From positions 558,001 to 622,000 of the forward strand of contig JAQGDQ010000015.1 of NCBI GenBank assembly GCA_030141605.1: a stretch of DNA of 64,000 nt, in the 5' to 3' direction. This stretch comes from Tubiluchus corallicola (Eukaryota; Animalia; Priapulida). How positions within the stretch are numbered: position 1 is the first letter of the stretch; each line of letters begins with the position of its first letter. Of this stretch, positions 29,156 to 44,565 are shown in pieces. A program made the position numbers and the translations under genes. Below the pieces are notes generated by a model. The model was given only the letters and a program-made list of their open reading frames with translations. It searched no databases and was not told the origin of the DNA.

Positions 29156-32100
29156 AAATCCGTGGTAGTTTTTTGGCAGCAGAATGCTTAGCTAGGGAAC
29201 AGCCAAACGAAAAAACGGTAAAAAACCGGACATGTCAGAAACGCATCCGTCGCAAATGTCATATGTGTTGATAATAAATATTTCAACAAATAGTCTTGTG
29301 TATCTCAAATTTCTAGTGGAGGTAGTTCGAGGCTCGTCAACAAGTTTATAGCTTTCACATTATCACATTCATTTAAGACTCTAACTTGCAATTTCCACGC
29401 AAGTTTCTCATTTCCACTCCAGACTCGAGATCAAGAAAAAAACACTTTAATCTCGTTTTTCTCCGCCAGGTTTGGTCTTTAAAAAACAAAGTCAGCCAGA
29501 ATATGGTATATTATCTAAGAGTTGCATAAAGCAAAGAAGCTGTAAAAATAAATAAAATCATTACAGATAAAGACTGACTGTGTCTTTTACTTCTATAGAT
29601 CTGCTAACGAAAAATTCTGGTCCGGTTTACATCGCAATCCCGCTGTCTGAATAAAAAGGCACTATAACGTGTGAACAGGACAGTGGTTCAGTGGTCCTGT
29701 TGTCAACATTCTCCACTTCTATAACATTTTGATCACTTTTTACTTTGAAAAAAAGATATTTGATCATTGGTACATTATTTGAGAACGATCGTGGCTGATT
29801 CATTCATCAATTTTTGTGAATGTTCTCTGTTGCAGATTTATTGCGTATTTGGTAGTATCTGTACTGGTACATAAAAGAAGAATTCCATATTCTCCACAAG
29901 TGTAAGAAACCACAGGTGGGGGGGGGGCATATTAAGCAGCATTGTGCTGCAGAAGGAACTTTCCAAAAAACCCCGTCAAAAGGTAACCATATTATTATGC
30001 ATGTACCGTGAAAAATTCAAGCGTTGCGGCTAATCCAATTTGACACCGCGTTAACTTGTCTGCCATTAGTGACAGTGAGACCACTGCCCTTTCGTGAAAG
30101 TGAAACTATTGCCCTTTAATGTGAAAAAAGGTAGGCCTACGAATCGGCAACAAAATGAAAACAGTATAGTGTGCATAATAGAAGTTTTTGTTTTCTTAGT
30201 GTAAGAGCTTTTTGTTGGATTCCATTTTGGTGTTTCGGCGGGGCATCACCACTGCTTTTGTTGCAGTTAATAATGCACAATTTCTGTTTTCTAGTTGAAT
30301 ACGATTATTGTACAAGGTATGCTTGTGCTCCTAGTTACCCATTTTGAAAATCTAATTCCAAAAAGAGGTTCATTAATCCCTACTTAATAAGAAATTTTGC
30401 GCCAGTTGTAAATGTTTGTTGGCTGCAGTCTAAAAATTGATATGGTTTTGATGTAAAGTGAAATCATAAAATGCATCAATGGAATATCCAACGTCCACAT
30501 TTGGAGAGCCAAATGCAAATTTTTATGATCACCAAGGAAATCAGCCTGTTGCGGTCCTTGGGTAACTGACCAAAGAGTGATAGAGTCGGCCCACAATTAT
30601 TATTACCTGCATAAATTTAAAAATGCGCTGAGAAAATGAACTCTTCTGAGGAAGCACATTGCAATGGCCTCTTTAAAGCAGGGTAGGCTTCAAAACTAAA
30701 GGTCTAAATGATATGGTAACTTCAGTGCGTAGAAATGAAGGCTAGTACAACAGACCTCGGAAGCAGAAAAAAGAAACACACCGTGATGATCCACAAAGAA
30801 TCTAAAAATTGGATTATACGATAACACGAAGCTCAATTTAATAGGCTGTGATGGAAATATGGCGTTCAAAGACATACAAAATTTGGTAGGAGATTTTAAG
30901 AGCAGAAAAATGTTGTCAAGCAGGCAGGACCATATCACCCAGGTGTATCCCTCTTCGATCTCTCTACTTCGTCAAACTCTGTTAAAGCCTATAGAAAATG
31001 GTCAACTTTAATGGTTGACTACGAGATTGAATCGTGTTTTTTAAGGTAAACCTTACAACCGGAGCGTCAAATTAATCAACTCAGTACTGACATCAGACAT
31101 GTTTTCGCCAAGACCAGTTAATTATATTATAACATTTCACGCTACGTTACAGTCTGTGGAAAATGTCATGGAAAGACGTTAATTAGGACGCGGCTAATCA
31201 ATTATCTTTTACGCAACAATAATTAACAGAAGCTGTGGGTGACTGTACACAGTAATAGTGATTTATGGTATTTTTGCAACAGCACTATAACTGTGGCTAA
31301 TGCGCTAAATACTGCCTTACTTTTACTTACAGGTTACTCCATAAAATTATATTCTTTATTTCACCGGAAATCAATAAAAGTCAAATTCGGTATGGTAAAT
31401 AAGCATATAAATGAATACAACACGTATACCAGAATTTCAATGTCGATTTCTAGCAGTAGCAACCATCAATAGGCTAATAATCACTACCAAAACGTTTCAG
31501 ATTTGAGTTGGCAAGGCCAGAGACTTTATACTCCTATTTTGCAGCCAGACAAGTAATGTCTGAATCACTACAATTGCCAGCAAATTGGCCGCACAGAAAT
31601 CTTCAGCCAGTGGTATGTCTGTGGAGAGGAGAACAGCTTTTAACGAGGGAGTTGACATCAGTAACATTAGCAATCGATATCCCTAGAGCTAAATAAACTT
31701 GCGAAATTAAACTAATGTATGATACCAATAAATAATGTGTGAACAGTGGTATGCAAAAAAAATCATTTCATTGAGAATGCGAGGTTGAGCTCTTGCTAAG
31801 CTTCGTCCAGAAGACATAAATTGATGCGCCTTAAGCTGTTGAAAAGTCAAGTATGTTTGCCCGTACTAAATGGTATCATTAGAAAGAAATCATCAGATCA
31901 AGGATGGAGAGGCAGAGTCTCGTTTTGCAGGACAACGTCTGCATGGGTAAACGTCTGAGTCCGATTCGTACAAAATATATATAGTTGCAAGGACAACAAA
32001 GCTCGTGTACGTTCACAAATATGGTGAAAACATAGTTATTATTTTTGAAACAGTATAAGACAGAGGAGGCGATTTTCTGGCGTTTTAAGAACACATCATA

Positions 32101-33579
32101 CGAGGCAGCATACGCCTGAATCTAAGCCATTTAATAAAATCATTGAATTAATTAAGTAACTCTATTGCACTGCTATTGCTACCAAATGGCAAGACTGATT
32201 TTTAATATTACCAGACAGGATATATAACACAGCACCTACAGTCTCTTTCCTAGTTTTAGATAATAAAACATGTAGACCTGTCATATGCAGAAGTTTTATT
32301 AGTACCTGTTATTTTAAAACAGTCATAGAACAGCAAGAAGTTTTGCCGCTTTATTTATGAAATGAACCGCTTTGCAAAAAACATGGATATCTATAAATCA
32401 GAGCATCACCAAATCTGACCAGATCATTAAATCTGGTGTGAATGTAGCGGATGTCACCACAAGAATTAAGAGGTCATTGGGGCTCATGATTCTTGAAGTT
32501 GAACCAGCTAATCAAAATTGAAAACCATGGCATCATCAGGCAATTGACCCTTTAGGTTCAATGCCATTGCTGCTGAAAGTCACACACCCTGGCTTGAAGG
32601 AAAAGTCAGGGTGTTACCTACCCTCATTAGTTGCCTATGAACGTAGCGGCAACTGTGAGTTACATGTGCGAGCGAGTAGTCAATATACAGAACATTTCTA
32701 ATTGTTCTGATTTGAGTTACAATTACACTTAGCAATACAAAAAGGCACTCTACATTGAAAATTTGTAAGTATTCATTCGCCTAAAGATGAAACTTGAAAG
32801 CCTTGATGATATACAGTCTCACTGCAGTCACGGTACTAAAATGTAATAAAACCATAATGAGACAATGGTCGCGTGCCCCATGGCACGGAGAGGCAGATCA
32901 TTAGTCACAATATCACCCCAAAGGGACTAATAGGTGACCGGCGTGCCTTCATTAACTGACTCTGGATAGTCATTCAGACGCAACAGGGCTTCTGTTTGAT
33001 AATACTAAAGATATAAAGATACTCATGTAAGATTAGGTGGAGAAATTACATTAGTGAGATTAAACAGTAAATAAATGCCCTGCATTGATGCTATTGAATG
33101 AGACATGCTTAGAATAGAATTAATGAATGATACGTTCATTACAGTAATTCAATTGAAAGTACTCTATATTTCGGTTTTAATTTTATAACCGAAGTAATTT
33201 TATTCATGATAACGTCGACAGACACGATTTAGTTCATGATCTTAGAATATTAATTTAGAGGCTTAACAATATCTCACATTTAGGTAAAAGACCAAATCGT
33301 AAAGTCAATGTTTTGCCAGTTTCAAAGTAACTCTCGTAGGTGTACAAGATTTCTTATTTCAATCCTGATGGCATAACAACTACTTGGCGCTCTTAATACG
33401 TTTATACATTTATTCAAGCTAAAAATAATTACCAGTACTTAGCTAAATTTGATTAGTTTTGAAGTTAATGAGCCGTTGGAAATGATTAAACTGTACACAG
33501 TTTAATAGGTTTGAATACTCTAACAGAGGACAATGTTGACATCGTTACTGTGCAGTCAGGAATGATTTAAGACCCAAGC

Positions 33580-33650
33580 TATATATTTATATTATATTTA
33601 TATTATTATTATTGCTATTATTATCATTATATTACTAGCAGCTATTATTA
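33580..33650. repeat. (TAT)n low-complexity repeat
   Basis: tattattattattgctattattatcattatatt. Confidence 0.75.
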
Positions 33651-34391
33651 ACATTAACAGCTAAAAATAAATCTCCAATTTTCACTTGAATAAAGTTTAT
33701 TAAGGGCTATGTAACACAATTTGAAGACTTCCACGTTAAAGAAGAAACCTAATTCGGCAACACTACGCAATTTTAGTAAACTGGCAAACCAAAAACCATT
33801 TAGATAGCTACGATAAATAAAGATCTTCAACAAATTTGACCAAATTTAGCTATAAGAGTAGAACTCGCGTTGTTACCTGCAGATAGTAGTGGGTGGAATG
33901 CTCTGATAGATGTTAATGCCTCCAGTGTCTACCACTTGGTTAGACAAGTGTAAATAGTGTTACACATAACTCCTATATTAGTAATGCAGTCTTATGGCAT
34001 GAACCTAAATTGTATCATGCTCATCGAGTCAACTTTGGAAAAACTAGCTTCTGATTGGCTGAGTCAGCATTCATCCATCAGCTTTTTTCACCCACCCTTT
34101 CTCTACTTTGAAGCAATCCTTGCTTAGCCAGGTCACGTTTGTATAGATCTTGCAGGGCCTGTGCTCCCTCCAGGCCAAAAGACCTCAGTTTTTCTGCAAG
34201 ACCGTAGGCATATGAGTTTGGTAAGACTTTTATTAACACTATATGTTCTTAGTTGGGAGTTGGACTGCCCAGGTACCCATTTAGCAGACCCCAGCCATCC
34301 CCAGATGGCAAAGGGCAAAGACATTTATTTCAATTTGATTATTCTTGTGTGTAACATTCAGAGTTACCTTCCATTTTTGTGGCAAATGTTA

Positions 34392-34820
<429 letters not shown>

Positions 34821-37800
34821 CTAAGGTCGCCTAACATTACATTAATAATGTAATCTTCTGGGCGGTTGTGTATGATGCTTAAAAAGCTCAGAAACATCAC
34901 CCGTGCCCTGACACTGTCTAAACCTAGTACTTCTCTCATGCATGATGGGTTAATGACTCAAACATAATCTATCATTTATACATAAAGCAGCACAACATAT
35001 CGAGTGCTACTGTGGCATACTGCCAGACTGCTTGCTTGGGTCACCTAATTGTAAGGCAAAACGTAGGTTGGGAATAGCAACGAAGCCGGGTATCTTCAAG
35101 GCTAACGAAAGACAGCCACGTGTAAACTGTATGAGAAACAGGCATACAGAAAGTTTACTAAATAAATATAATGATCAAAAGTCAGATATCCAGACGTATG
35201 TCCGCTAAACTCATTGTGTTTCTCTTAACATAAGCTTATTTGGAAGTAGTACAAATAAACTAATAACTGTAAACGCGTGATAAAAGTTTTAAAAACAAAG
35301 ATATTTTTAGCTTTTCGTGTGTGTATTGCAGAGTGCGATCTACTAAACTTATCTAGAGTCAAAACAGACGATCAGATTCTGTGCCCCTGACGTCCTTAGC
35401 CTTTTAACAAATAAGTACATGTAGTAGGTTATGAAATTGTGTGTAGTAAAGCAGGGAAACGACAGTTGCAATTCTCAGCAGCGAATCCCGCACACTCCAG
35501 TAACCATAGAAACGTCACAAGCGCGGATTTCTTCCATTTGAACTGCAACTGCATAATACATTATAAAACAAATTATCCGCACAAAATGCATGACTGCTTT
35601 CCATTTGGTAAAATTATTGTTGTGGCGATTCCAATAAAATCATAGCGCCGAAACGCCATCATGCTATGTGTTCTTGTCGTAAATATGCTTGTAGCCTTTA
35701 AATATTTTACCTGAAAATTTCTACCGAATAGCTTGAAAATCTGAAAAATGGACGTAATTAATGAGCAGAAAGAGAACCTACCAAACGGTACATTATACAG
35801 TTTCTCTGCCTAATTAATGAAAAATAGGATATAAAAAGACAGGCTTACTTTCTGTGTGATCTGTTATGAAAATTCTAGCAGTGTCACCTGCTAAAAAATT
35901 AATGATTCATCTGATTCAGCTACAGCAATATTTATATGATAAAAAACACAAGTTCATATCCTATATAGAAGGTATATTTACATTGGGGATACATTTTGGA
36001 GAGCAGGAGAAGCAAGTATAGTCAGCGCCAACAAATTTTCACATTTGAGTAATTACAGTCGCAGTTTGCCTTGAATAGCATAGTTTATTAGATCAACCAA
36101 TACATCAAACGTATGCATGCATTCGATGAAATGTATCAATCGCAGTAATAGGCTTACATTTGATACACATACTGGTCAGTTTAATAAACTACCCAAAGGA
36201 CGGATCAAGTTATAAGCTCCAGGGAGATTCAGAAAGGCAATGTGTGAAGGGTAGCGTTATGAAACAGAAGCCAGAAAATCAAATGAAGCCAGACTCAAGC
36301 TGCATTCATTCAGCCAGCGACTCATTGTGTTTACCGCAATAACATCATTTGAGAGTTTTTGAGCAGATAAAATTAGTGGGCTGTAGGAAAATGGTTTGTC
36401 GAGCGTTTACGCAGCGAGTTGGAAACTGACACAGACAGAAGCTTAGCATAGCGATGAACAGTCCCGCAAATGTAACATTTTTTGTCTATTGATTTTTGTC
36501 TTTATTGCTTAAATCCGTATTATTCAACTTCTTTATCAACTCCAGATACTAAAGTAACGATATTATAATGCAATATTATAAAGAATGAAAAAAGTTTTAC
36601 AAAAAAACTCCATGAGCATACTGCCTGCGATGACTACATAAAAGGTTAAGATCGTTGACGGCCTTCGACAGACTCGCTTGACTATTTAAACCTGGAGGAT
36701 AAAGGTAATCGGATTTATCCAGTCAAATAAAATTAGACGATCTAAATTAATTACAATATCAGTAGATCGCATGTTTTTAGAAAACCCTTGGAGAGAAAGT
36801 GATTATCCACTGAGAGTAGTTTCGCGTTAACAACCAGTAGCAGTGATCACCTATCTGAGTTTTCTTGTAGATTAATAATGATATTGGAACTGGATTTCTC
36901 GTAGTTGCTGTTCTTATCCAATTCTACACATCCTACCCGTGGACGTCCATCTGTTTTGCAAATTTTATGTGTTTTCATTCGGAAATCTTGCTATTACAAA
37001 GTAACATTCAAGAGACCTTCAAAACACCTCCATCATTAACTTGAGCACACACTCAGCACAGAAACTTATCGTAGGTACACGGACATCAAAAAGCATATCA
37101 TTCCACACAGGGCGGTACTTCAATTAAATCCTCAATACAGCTATTCTATGGGTTAAATGAGGCCATCCAGGAAATTCAACCCTTGTCGTGATACAAAAAG
37201 GTAAAACGTTCTGCAAGAGTGATTACGGTTAGACGCGGCACACTTTTACAAGATGGGTTTTTCCTTCAGCTTGTACTACACGACGCATGCCTCGCTTTGG
37301 ACACAGTGCCAAGACAATGCGTGGAATATTCGCGCATTTTGACCTGATCATGGGTGGTGGAGTGATACACCTATATATGCATCTAATTATATATATATAT
37401 ATAGATTTTCGAGATAAAATTCCCGATTTCAGAAAAAAAAATTGCTTTCAAATTTAGTGAACTGTTTTATGCGTGAAATCTCGAAATAAATATTCTGAAA
37501 AGCCATGCTCACTTATTTTGAAATAATAAGACTATCGATCCCGTTCTTGAATATATATGTATTTCTAAATAATAGACTACTCTTTGGCATGTAAAAACGA
37601 CGCTACACACGCATAATACCAGAGGAAACTGAAAATGCAAATTGAAAGATAACGCTGGTTTCCTAGCGTTTTATGGAGTTTCAAAATAGATAAACAGAAC
37701 GTTAAAATGCGTTTACTTTCTATGGGAAGAAAGAGACAAAACTGACTGTGCGACTGTAATAACTTTAGCGAATCATATAAGCCTTGGGCAATCAGCGTTA

Positions 37801-38097
37801 CAGACACCAAGAATTTTGCAATTAAGATCTATAAACATCGAAAATGACAACATTTAAAATAAACAGACGATGCCTGAAGGATTTTGGTACAGCACTAACG
37901 TCATGCTTCTTTGTTCTCTACTGCCAACAGAAGCCAATCGATAGAGAGAATGAATTATTACTGACTGTGCATCAATAAATACTTCAAAATGGGAGCAGTG
38001 GGGGATACGTAGAGTGTATTAGTCGACTAACTCTCAATCCTTTCTGCAAATGTTGGTATTGCTCGTAATCCAGGATCCTCAGAAGTGCCGTAAACGC

Positions 38098-38277
38098 GTC
38101 GAGCGGCGTGCGGTTAGCGATGTTTATGCAGCGGGGCGCGATCATCGGTTCAAATCAGCTCTGATTTACAGACGTGTGCTGTTGCCTGGTGGCTTCCCAA
38201 ATGCAGCTGCATGCAGTGTGCTGCTCTTGTAGGGCTTCCGTATAACCTAATAATAATCAGACAATGAGAGTTAAACA
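38098..38277 (+). mobile_element. Degenerate tRNA-derived SINE-like element
   Basis: CpG-rich island with an A-box-like GGCGTGCGGTTAGCG, a B-box GGTTCAAATC and a short (TAA)n tail. Confidence 0.4.
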
Positions 38278-41200
38278 AGCGAACACAATTACTTGTATCG
38301 CTGCACTGCAGTAGAACTCTCTAGCAGTATGTGGAATTACATGCTTGCAACATACATGTATAAGCTATGGTTGTAATCTCACAATTTTTCTTACATAACG
38401 TTTACTATTGCTAGACCAGAAATGGGCATTCTCCCCTGCTGAGACCTGTCTGTAACACGATGTTCAAAATATAACATAGTTGTAGTCTATCTGTTAACTT
38501 AGGATTCTTAGTTACTATAAAATTCTAAATTAAAAGTAATGTTACTTAATGACGTCTACGGAGATTATATGCACAGTGTCATGTTTGCACACTAGATTGT
38601 GTCAATCACAAAGTTATGTCACTTGGTTCATTATCTTAAAAAAATTCTCACTTTAAAATAAAAATATATTAATTTTTTGCAATTAGCACTTTTTACATTT
38701 TCTTGTACAAAATTGTAGCGTAATTACAACCGCGGGTCAAAAATAATAATTATAAAATAAAGAAAAAATTTAAAAATTACACACCACTAACAGTTTTCTG
38801 AATGCATTAGAAATGAAATAGTACGCCACAAACAGTTTCTGCTGCCATTTATTTTCTTTAGCTATAAATAACCAGTGGTCAAAACAAAAACACTGCTAAT
38901 AAATTTAACAATTGTAATCGCACACTGAATATTGTAAATAACGCAAATTAAAAATGCACGTACAACGAACATGAGACAGTTGAAAACAATTCCCGAGAAG
39001 CCATTATCCATCTAATCTACAGAAGCCCACCAAACATAATGATTTTGGTGATGATTTGCCAAATTGCTACAGCGTTAATCAAAACAACTCTATCTCTGAA
39101 TAAGCAGCTCTATTGTTTCGGTTCACGACCCGTACACATTTGCAGAGGTTTATAAGGCAAATAGCCAACGAATTATTGATAAATCTATATCAGACCGAGA
39201 CAAAGCCTTCTACAGTCGGCATGCACACAGCATGGGTAATTTTGTAAAATGGCGTGCAATAAAATAATCGGTTAGCTCGAAATAATTTTAGTTTCAATTG
39301 GCAGTCTGAACAGAAACAAATCATTTTACACAATAATTCACTACTACTATTCTATTACACATAGTAAACCATCTTAATACAAAAAAATCTACTTAAATTT
39401 CTTAGTGTGTAGGACTTTTCATTTCAGTTCAAGGCAAACAAATACTGTGCTTTTAATAGGCTTTCAACCTATACATGTATACAGGTTATAATATTGTAAT
39501 AATAATTTTTGAAAGAGAAAACTTCAAAGCCGACTATTTTATCGTCGCTTTTCATGTTTTGAAATCGTTTACCGTACTATCAAGTATTCAAAAGAATGCT
39601 TATTAAAAAACGAAAGTTAAAAACTTCTAAATAAAAAAAAACAAAATTCTATACATTGAATCATTTTGAGCCTGAAATCAATTGGCATACGTCTACCTAA
39701 TTAATGTATTAAGAATGACGTGGTCACTATCAAATCAGTAAATGAGTTTGTGTGATTGTTGCAAAAAGACATGAACCATGCCTGAAACCAAAACTGTAGT
39801 GTCCTGATTGATGCCGACACACCATCCAGTTATTACACTGACCTGGAGTACAGTCAAACACAAACTTTAACTAACGTGATCTTTGTTGACCTTAGTTTTA
39901 GTGTTTAAGTCAGTGAAATCAAGTTTCGTAAAGTATTCCTGAAAAGAGATTTAAATATAGTTCTAAGACAAAAGCTGAAAAAACTAAAACCGCTTTAAGC
40001 GTTAAATCAATACCGAAAGTTATAAAACAAGCTAATTTCGTCTGTCCTTTATACTGATAGAAATTTGGCGTGTATAAATATTAGCTAATTTGGCTTGGTG
40101 TAATTTAGTTTACATATACATTCAAAATTAGTTATTTAAACAGCAATGCTTATCCAAGTTCCATTTTGCAGACATTTTTCTTATCTTATCTATAAGTCAC
40201 ATAAAAATTAAAACTAATAAATGTGTAACATTTTTAATTAAATAGGTTTATTAAACAAAATTTCAGGTTGACAAGTCGGAACAGCTACAGTAGACCTAGG
40301 TATGGACAAAATTTCGTGACAATCATTTGAAAATTAGGTCACACTACTACAGTATACTGAAACACAAACAACAAGATGCACGTTCCAGAAATCTTAGGCC
40401 TACACTTAATACTTACCGAAAAGTTGCAAAATTGAAGCTGATTTACGGAAGTTTTGCAATCGTTTTATTTAAGTCCTACTTGTAAAAATCGATTTTTTTG
40501 CTTATTAAATGAAGACGGATTTTGCATGATCATAAATAAATAATTTTACGACATGAAACACGATGACGATAGATTTTAATGCTCTAAAAGTTAACTGCTG
40601 ACGATATTACCGCATTTAGCCTCTTAATTGTATGTAAAGTTCCTATCCTCGTTCACTGAACTTCACCTAATCGAAATGTGGCAAAGCCGCCCGAGTAGAT
40701 TAGATACAAGATTATTTAGTAGAATGTAATTTGCAATTATGTTTTCATTTACCACTCATACTTCGCAGTCACCACGGAAAAGGAAATGAAAGGAAAGCTC
40801 GTCACGTTCCTTATATCTAAGAATATGTAAAAAATTCGAAGGAACGGAAAAATAAATGTACAAATGTAAGTGCAAGTAAGTTACTCACTCGAGTATTATT
40901 TAGACCAAAGCATAGACCTATTTTCAACCCATCTAAAGTTGGAAAAATAAAACAAAACTGAGCTTCGCAAATTGCGAATTTTGCAATTATACAAGCTTTA
41001 GCTAAATTAGGCATTATTAACGAGGATATTACTGTAGAAATACAATGAAACTCTATTATTAAATTATAGAACAATGTCACCTTGGAGATTGTCATTGAAA
41101 AATTGTTCGTCCTTTGTCACGTGGTTAGCAACGGACACGTGCTACTTTCCCGCGAGTTTTACGCAATGTACAGTTGTGCGTATTTAATTATACTATTAGT

Positions 41201-41780
41201 ATTAGGTAACTGCGAAACAGCCATCGAGTTATGAGTACCAAAATTAAAAGCTCTAGTAGCGCGTATAATTTATTTAGTAAAAATCTGTAATTTTTAAGAT
41301 GACAACAAGTTAACATTGGCTTTGACTGAAATTATATTAGGCTAAGAAAAATGCACAAGGGATTAAACGCAGAAGACTTAATTAGGTGGGCCATGCTTAG
41401 AGAGTACCAGATGCTATTAGATAGTCCTTCACTTAAAACTTTACATGCATCAATTTAATTGTCAAAACAACCAGAGGAGGATTCTGAAAAATATTTCATC
41501 TTAGACTCCTTCGAGAGTAACCGGATAAACTAAAGATCCAATCTTGTGGCACCAGAAGCAGATAATGTGATGCCCGGCTTTTAGCAGGACTATTTGGTTA
41601 ATTAATCAGAACTAGCTACACAGAAGCTATACTGGCCGTTAAACAAACTTCGCAAGTAAGCAAGTAAACATCAACTGTATTTTTTACTCGGCGTTGAGAA
41701 AACAAAAATGATAAAAAAGTAAATAGGACTATGAAATCAGAGCTATAGAACTTTACACAACATGATTCAATGATACATAC

Positions 41781-42211
41781 CTTTTATCCACCCCCCTCAC
41801 TGTGTACGTGTAGTCAACAAGTCCTTGATTGAGCGATATTTAAAATTAATGAATTAATTTATGAGATATTCACAAGTATATTACACTATTTATATTTACA
41901 CATAGATAGAATAATAATTATCACGCTAAAAAGATTTGCAGTCTGTGCGTAAGTGAAAAAATCCGAGAAAACATGAACCGTGTGACACAAACAAATTCGG
42001 CGTTTTTCCAGAAAAAACGAAGACGCTTCGTGGTTTAACATCCGTTTAAAAACTCTGCAGAATGAATAAAATCCAACCGCAGTCCTGGCCAATATAATGG
42101 CATAGAGTTCAAAAACTGAAGAGTATAAAATGAACAAAATAAACGAAGAAAAACGCAACGAAATTGTAGCAATTCTACAAAACTCAACCACTCTTGATGC
42201 TGTTCTGAACT
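41781..42211 (-). other. elav: Probable non-coding first exon of ELAV
   Basis: Donor AAG|gtatgt at 41781/41780, with an in-frame TGA just upstream, so it is UTR. The leader is U-rich, and an Inr-like TTAGTT at 42213-42208 adjoins a CpG-rich patch. Confidence 0.5.
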
Positions 42212-43601
42212 AAATGGCACGTGCCGTAGCGCTGCGTTTTACAAACGCCAATACGCATGTGTAGTCAGACACGCGCAAATGCCAGATAGAGATAGGCCGC
42301 CCAGTTTCTTAATTACTAACTAGAAACCCGCAGGAAACTGTTTAGATTGTAACGTGAAGTTCGTTTATCTCTGTTCTAACTGTCTACCTTCTTTTCTTTT
42401 TTACACGCTTTTGCTTTCTCTTTCTCTGTTCCTCTATCTGCTCTCATTCACTCTTTCTCCACTTTTCTCTGACCGATCATGATGCTTACGAAGTTGATAG
42501 TGGTCATAGTTACGAAATTAAGCAGCACCTTGCCTGCTTGGTAAAATGAATGGGTGACCCGTGGGAATGCTAGTTCTGGGTGGTTTCGTGTGCCACATCG
42601 TCTCTAACGCTTTCTCATTCAGGGAGGACACGTCGGAAATGGGTGAGACATCTTTGGTGTTTCATGTTATATCTCGGTTCCGCCACAGTTAAACCTGCTG
42701 TTGAATAATTTATACACAGTCACAAGCATTATGAAGCATACAAACACACCCGCACGCCACGCAGACAGGGAAAAGCAAACTTCAGGTACGACGTCGTTTT
42801 AATGTCAAACTAACTTGGCTTTTTAAATATGCTAACTATACATATTAATTTTAATCATTTCAAGCATAAAATACTTCGTTGAGTGGTATTAAGCTGAACA
42901 GTTCTAGTGATAAGGAGATGTAAACTGTAGTCTTGACTCTTGAGAGTATGACTTCGTAATATAAATACACTACCCTTTTATTATTTTATCTACGTTATAG
43001 TTACGAGGTATGCATACGTTTGAAATATTATAAGCTTCCATCTTGATTAGGCTAGTTCGGTGCAAAAACCTGGGGTAGACAATACACGGCAATGAATTTA
43101 TGCATGGAGACATATAGTGTCATGCTGGGAGTCAAAAATGGTATCCAAATCATCAGGGAAAAAAGTTATATGCCATCGCCCTATCGCCACAATTATCACA
43201 TACCTATCGTCAAATACTTCGCAATTATTATTAAAGGGTTTCTAGATGTTTTACGATCCCACAGATTCCCACGGTGAAATCATAAAAAACCAGGTCATCG
43301 ATCAACAGCTAAGGTTATAATGAATGGAATAAAACAAAATGCGCTTAGAGTTGATTTTCACTAAATGCAAGAATGATCAGAAGCAAAACAAAAGTGGCCA
43401 ATATTTGTTGTTCTCATCTTGATAACATTTAGTTCAATTATTGGTTTTATGATAGTTTAAACAAATTTTAGATAATACAACCATTCACTTCTGTATGATC
43501 GGATTGATCGCAGTCTCTGTATTCTGAGCTTTTTACTTTTTACACAAGAGGGAAGCACGAGTTTGTGCATATAATCAGCGTATTCAAGAACAGTTACTGT
43601 T
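42200..43601. promoter_or_regulatory. Divergent promoter region between ELAV and AGBL4
   Basis: Lies between the two inferred 5' ends. Contains a CACGTG E-box (~42218), CCAAT (~42249), a GC-box-like GGCCGCCC (~42295) and a CT/GA-rich tract at 42380-42470. Confidence 0.55.
42513..42578 (+). mobile_element. 5S rRNA-derived fragment (SINE-like or pseudogene)
   Basis: CGAAATTAAGCAGCACCTTGCCTGCTTGGTAAAATGAATGGGTGACCCGTGGGAATGCTAGTTCTG aligns by eye with the 3' half of 5S rRNA. Confidence 0.65.
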
Positions 43602-43632
43602 ATGGCGGCGAAGTCTTATGCTAATTTCGCTG
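43602..43632 (+). CDS. AGBL4: AGBL4/CCP6 exon 1 (MAAKSYANFA)
   Basis: ATGGCGGCG start and a phase-1 donor G|gttaga in frame with exon 2. Confidence 0.65.
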
Positions 43633-43974
43633 GTTAGATTTTAATTCTGTGTAGTGTAGATTTATAATCTTGGGCCAGCTAATGGTGATATCTTAATGCC
43701 ATCATGATGGGTGTTTTAATTACTTTACATACCAAGATTTTTCTAATAATTACCGTTGGATTATCTAAATTTAGTTTTCACCCAGTCATTGCTGCGGTGT
43801 GTTATAAAACCGAGGTGTATGCTATACAGCCAACGGGACATTTTTGTTTACATTAGCAACGCGAGATTGTACAATAGTTATTATTATTTTCTTGTGAGTA
43901 TTTAACAACATGCTATTTTGTGATACGATTCGTACTAAAGTACCTATTTATTCGAGGTTATTTTCAATTTTTAG

Positions 43975-44142
43975 AAAGTTACTTTGATTATGAAGCAGCT
44001 GGTGATGATGAAGAGATTGTGGAAGCCGAAGAGCAAGAGGAAGGGATGGTTGGGAATGTGTGTAATCAGCAGATGATTCCACCTAACCACAATGGGCCAC
44101 CACAAAAGGGCCATCTCATATTCAATGCTAATTTTGAGTGTG
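43975..44142 (+). CDS. AGBL4: AGBL4/CCP6 exon 2 (ESYFDY...PQKGHLIFNANFECG)
   Basis: tttag| and |gtttgt boundaries. The FECG-NL motif equals the FESGNL motif of cytosolic carboxypeptidases, and KGHLIF is typical of CCP6. Confidence 0.92.
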
Positions 44143-44440
44143 GTTTGTGAAACAGCTAGTTATATGAGTGTTCTATATAGTGCTTCCACTTAAACTAGTT
44201 TGGCAAGCATAAAATTTTTAAAGAGTAACATATTATTTTTTTCTTGCTGCTAGTACTTACTTTTTCATTTCATAATCTCATTTATTTTATGTTAGGTCTA
44301 TATTTCAAAGTAATGCATTTGTTAAGTTTGAAGCTTCTCATTTAGCTAATAAATTATTTCAGTTTATTAAGCTTATTTATGTTGTCATATCAGCTTATTA
44401 TCAAATGTCCAATGATGTCCAACCCCGTTTCTGTCTTTAG

Positions 44441-44565
44441 GTAATCTTGGCAAGGTGGAATGTGTAACAGAGTATGAATTTAACTTGTTTATTCGTCCAG
44501 ACACCTGTAATTCACGTTATCGGGTTTGGTTTTACTTTACCGTGAGCAACTGCAAACGAGATCAG
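44441..44565 (+). CDS. AGBL4: AGBL4/CCP6 exon 3 (GNLGKVECVTEYEFNLFIRPDTCNSRYRVWFYFTVSNCKRDQ)
   Basis: 125 nt with canonical splice sites. LFIRPDTCN..RVWF is a CCP6 signature. Confidence 0.96.

Noticed and set aside
38098-38165. Functional tRNA gene
   Set aside because: A/B-box-like motifs are present, but there is no convincing cloverleaf.
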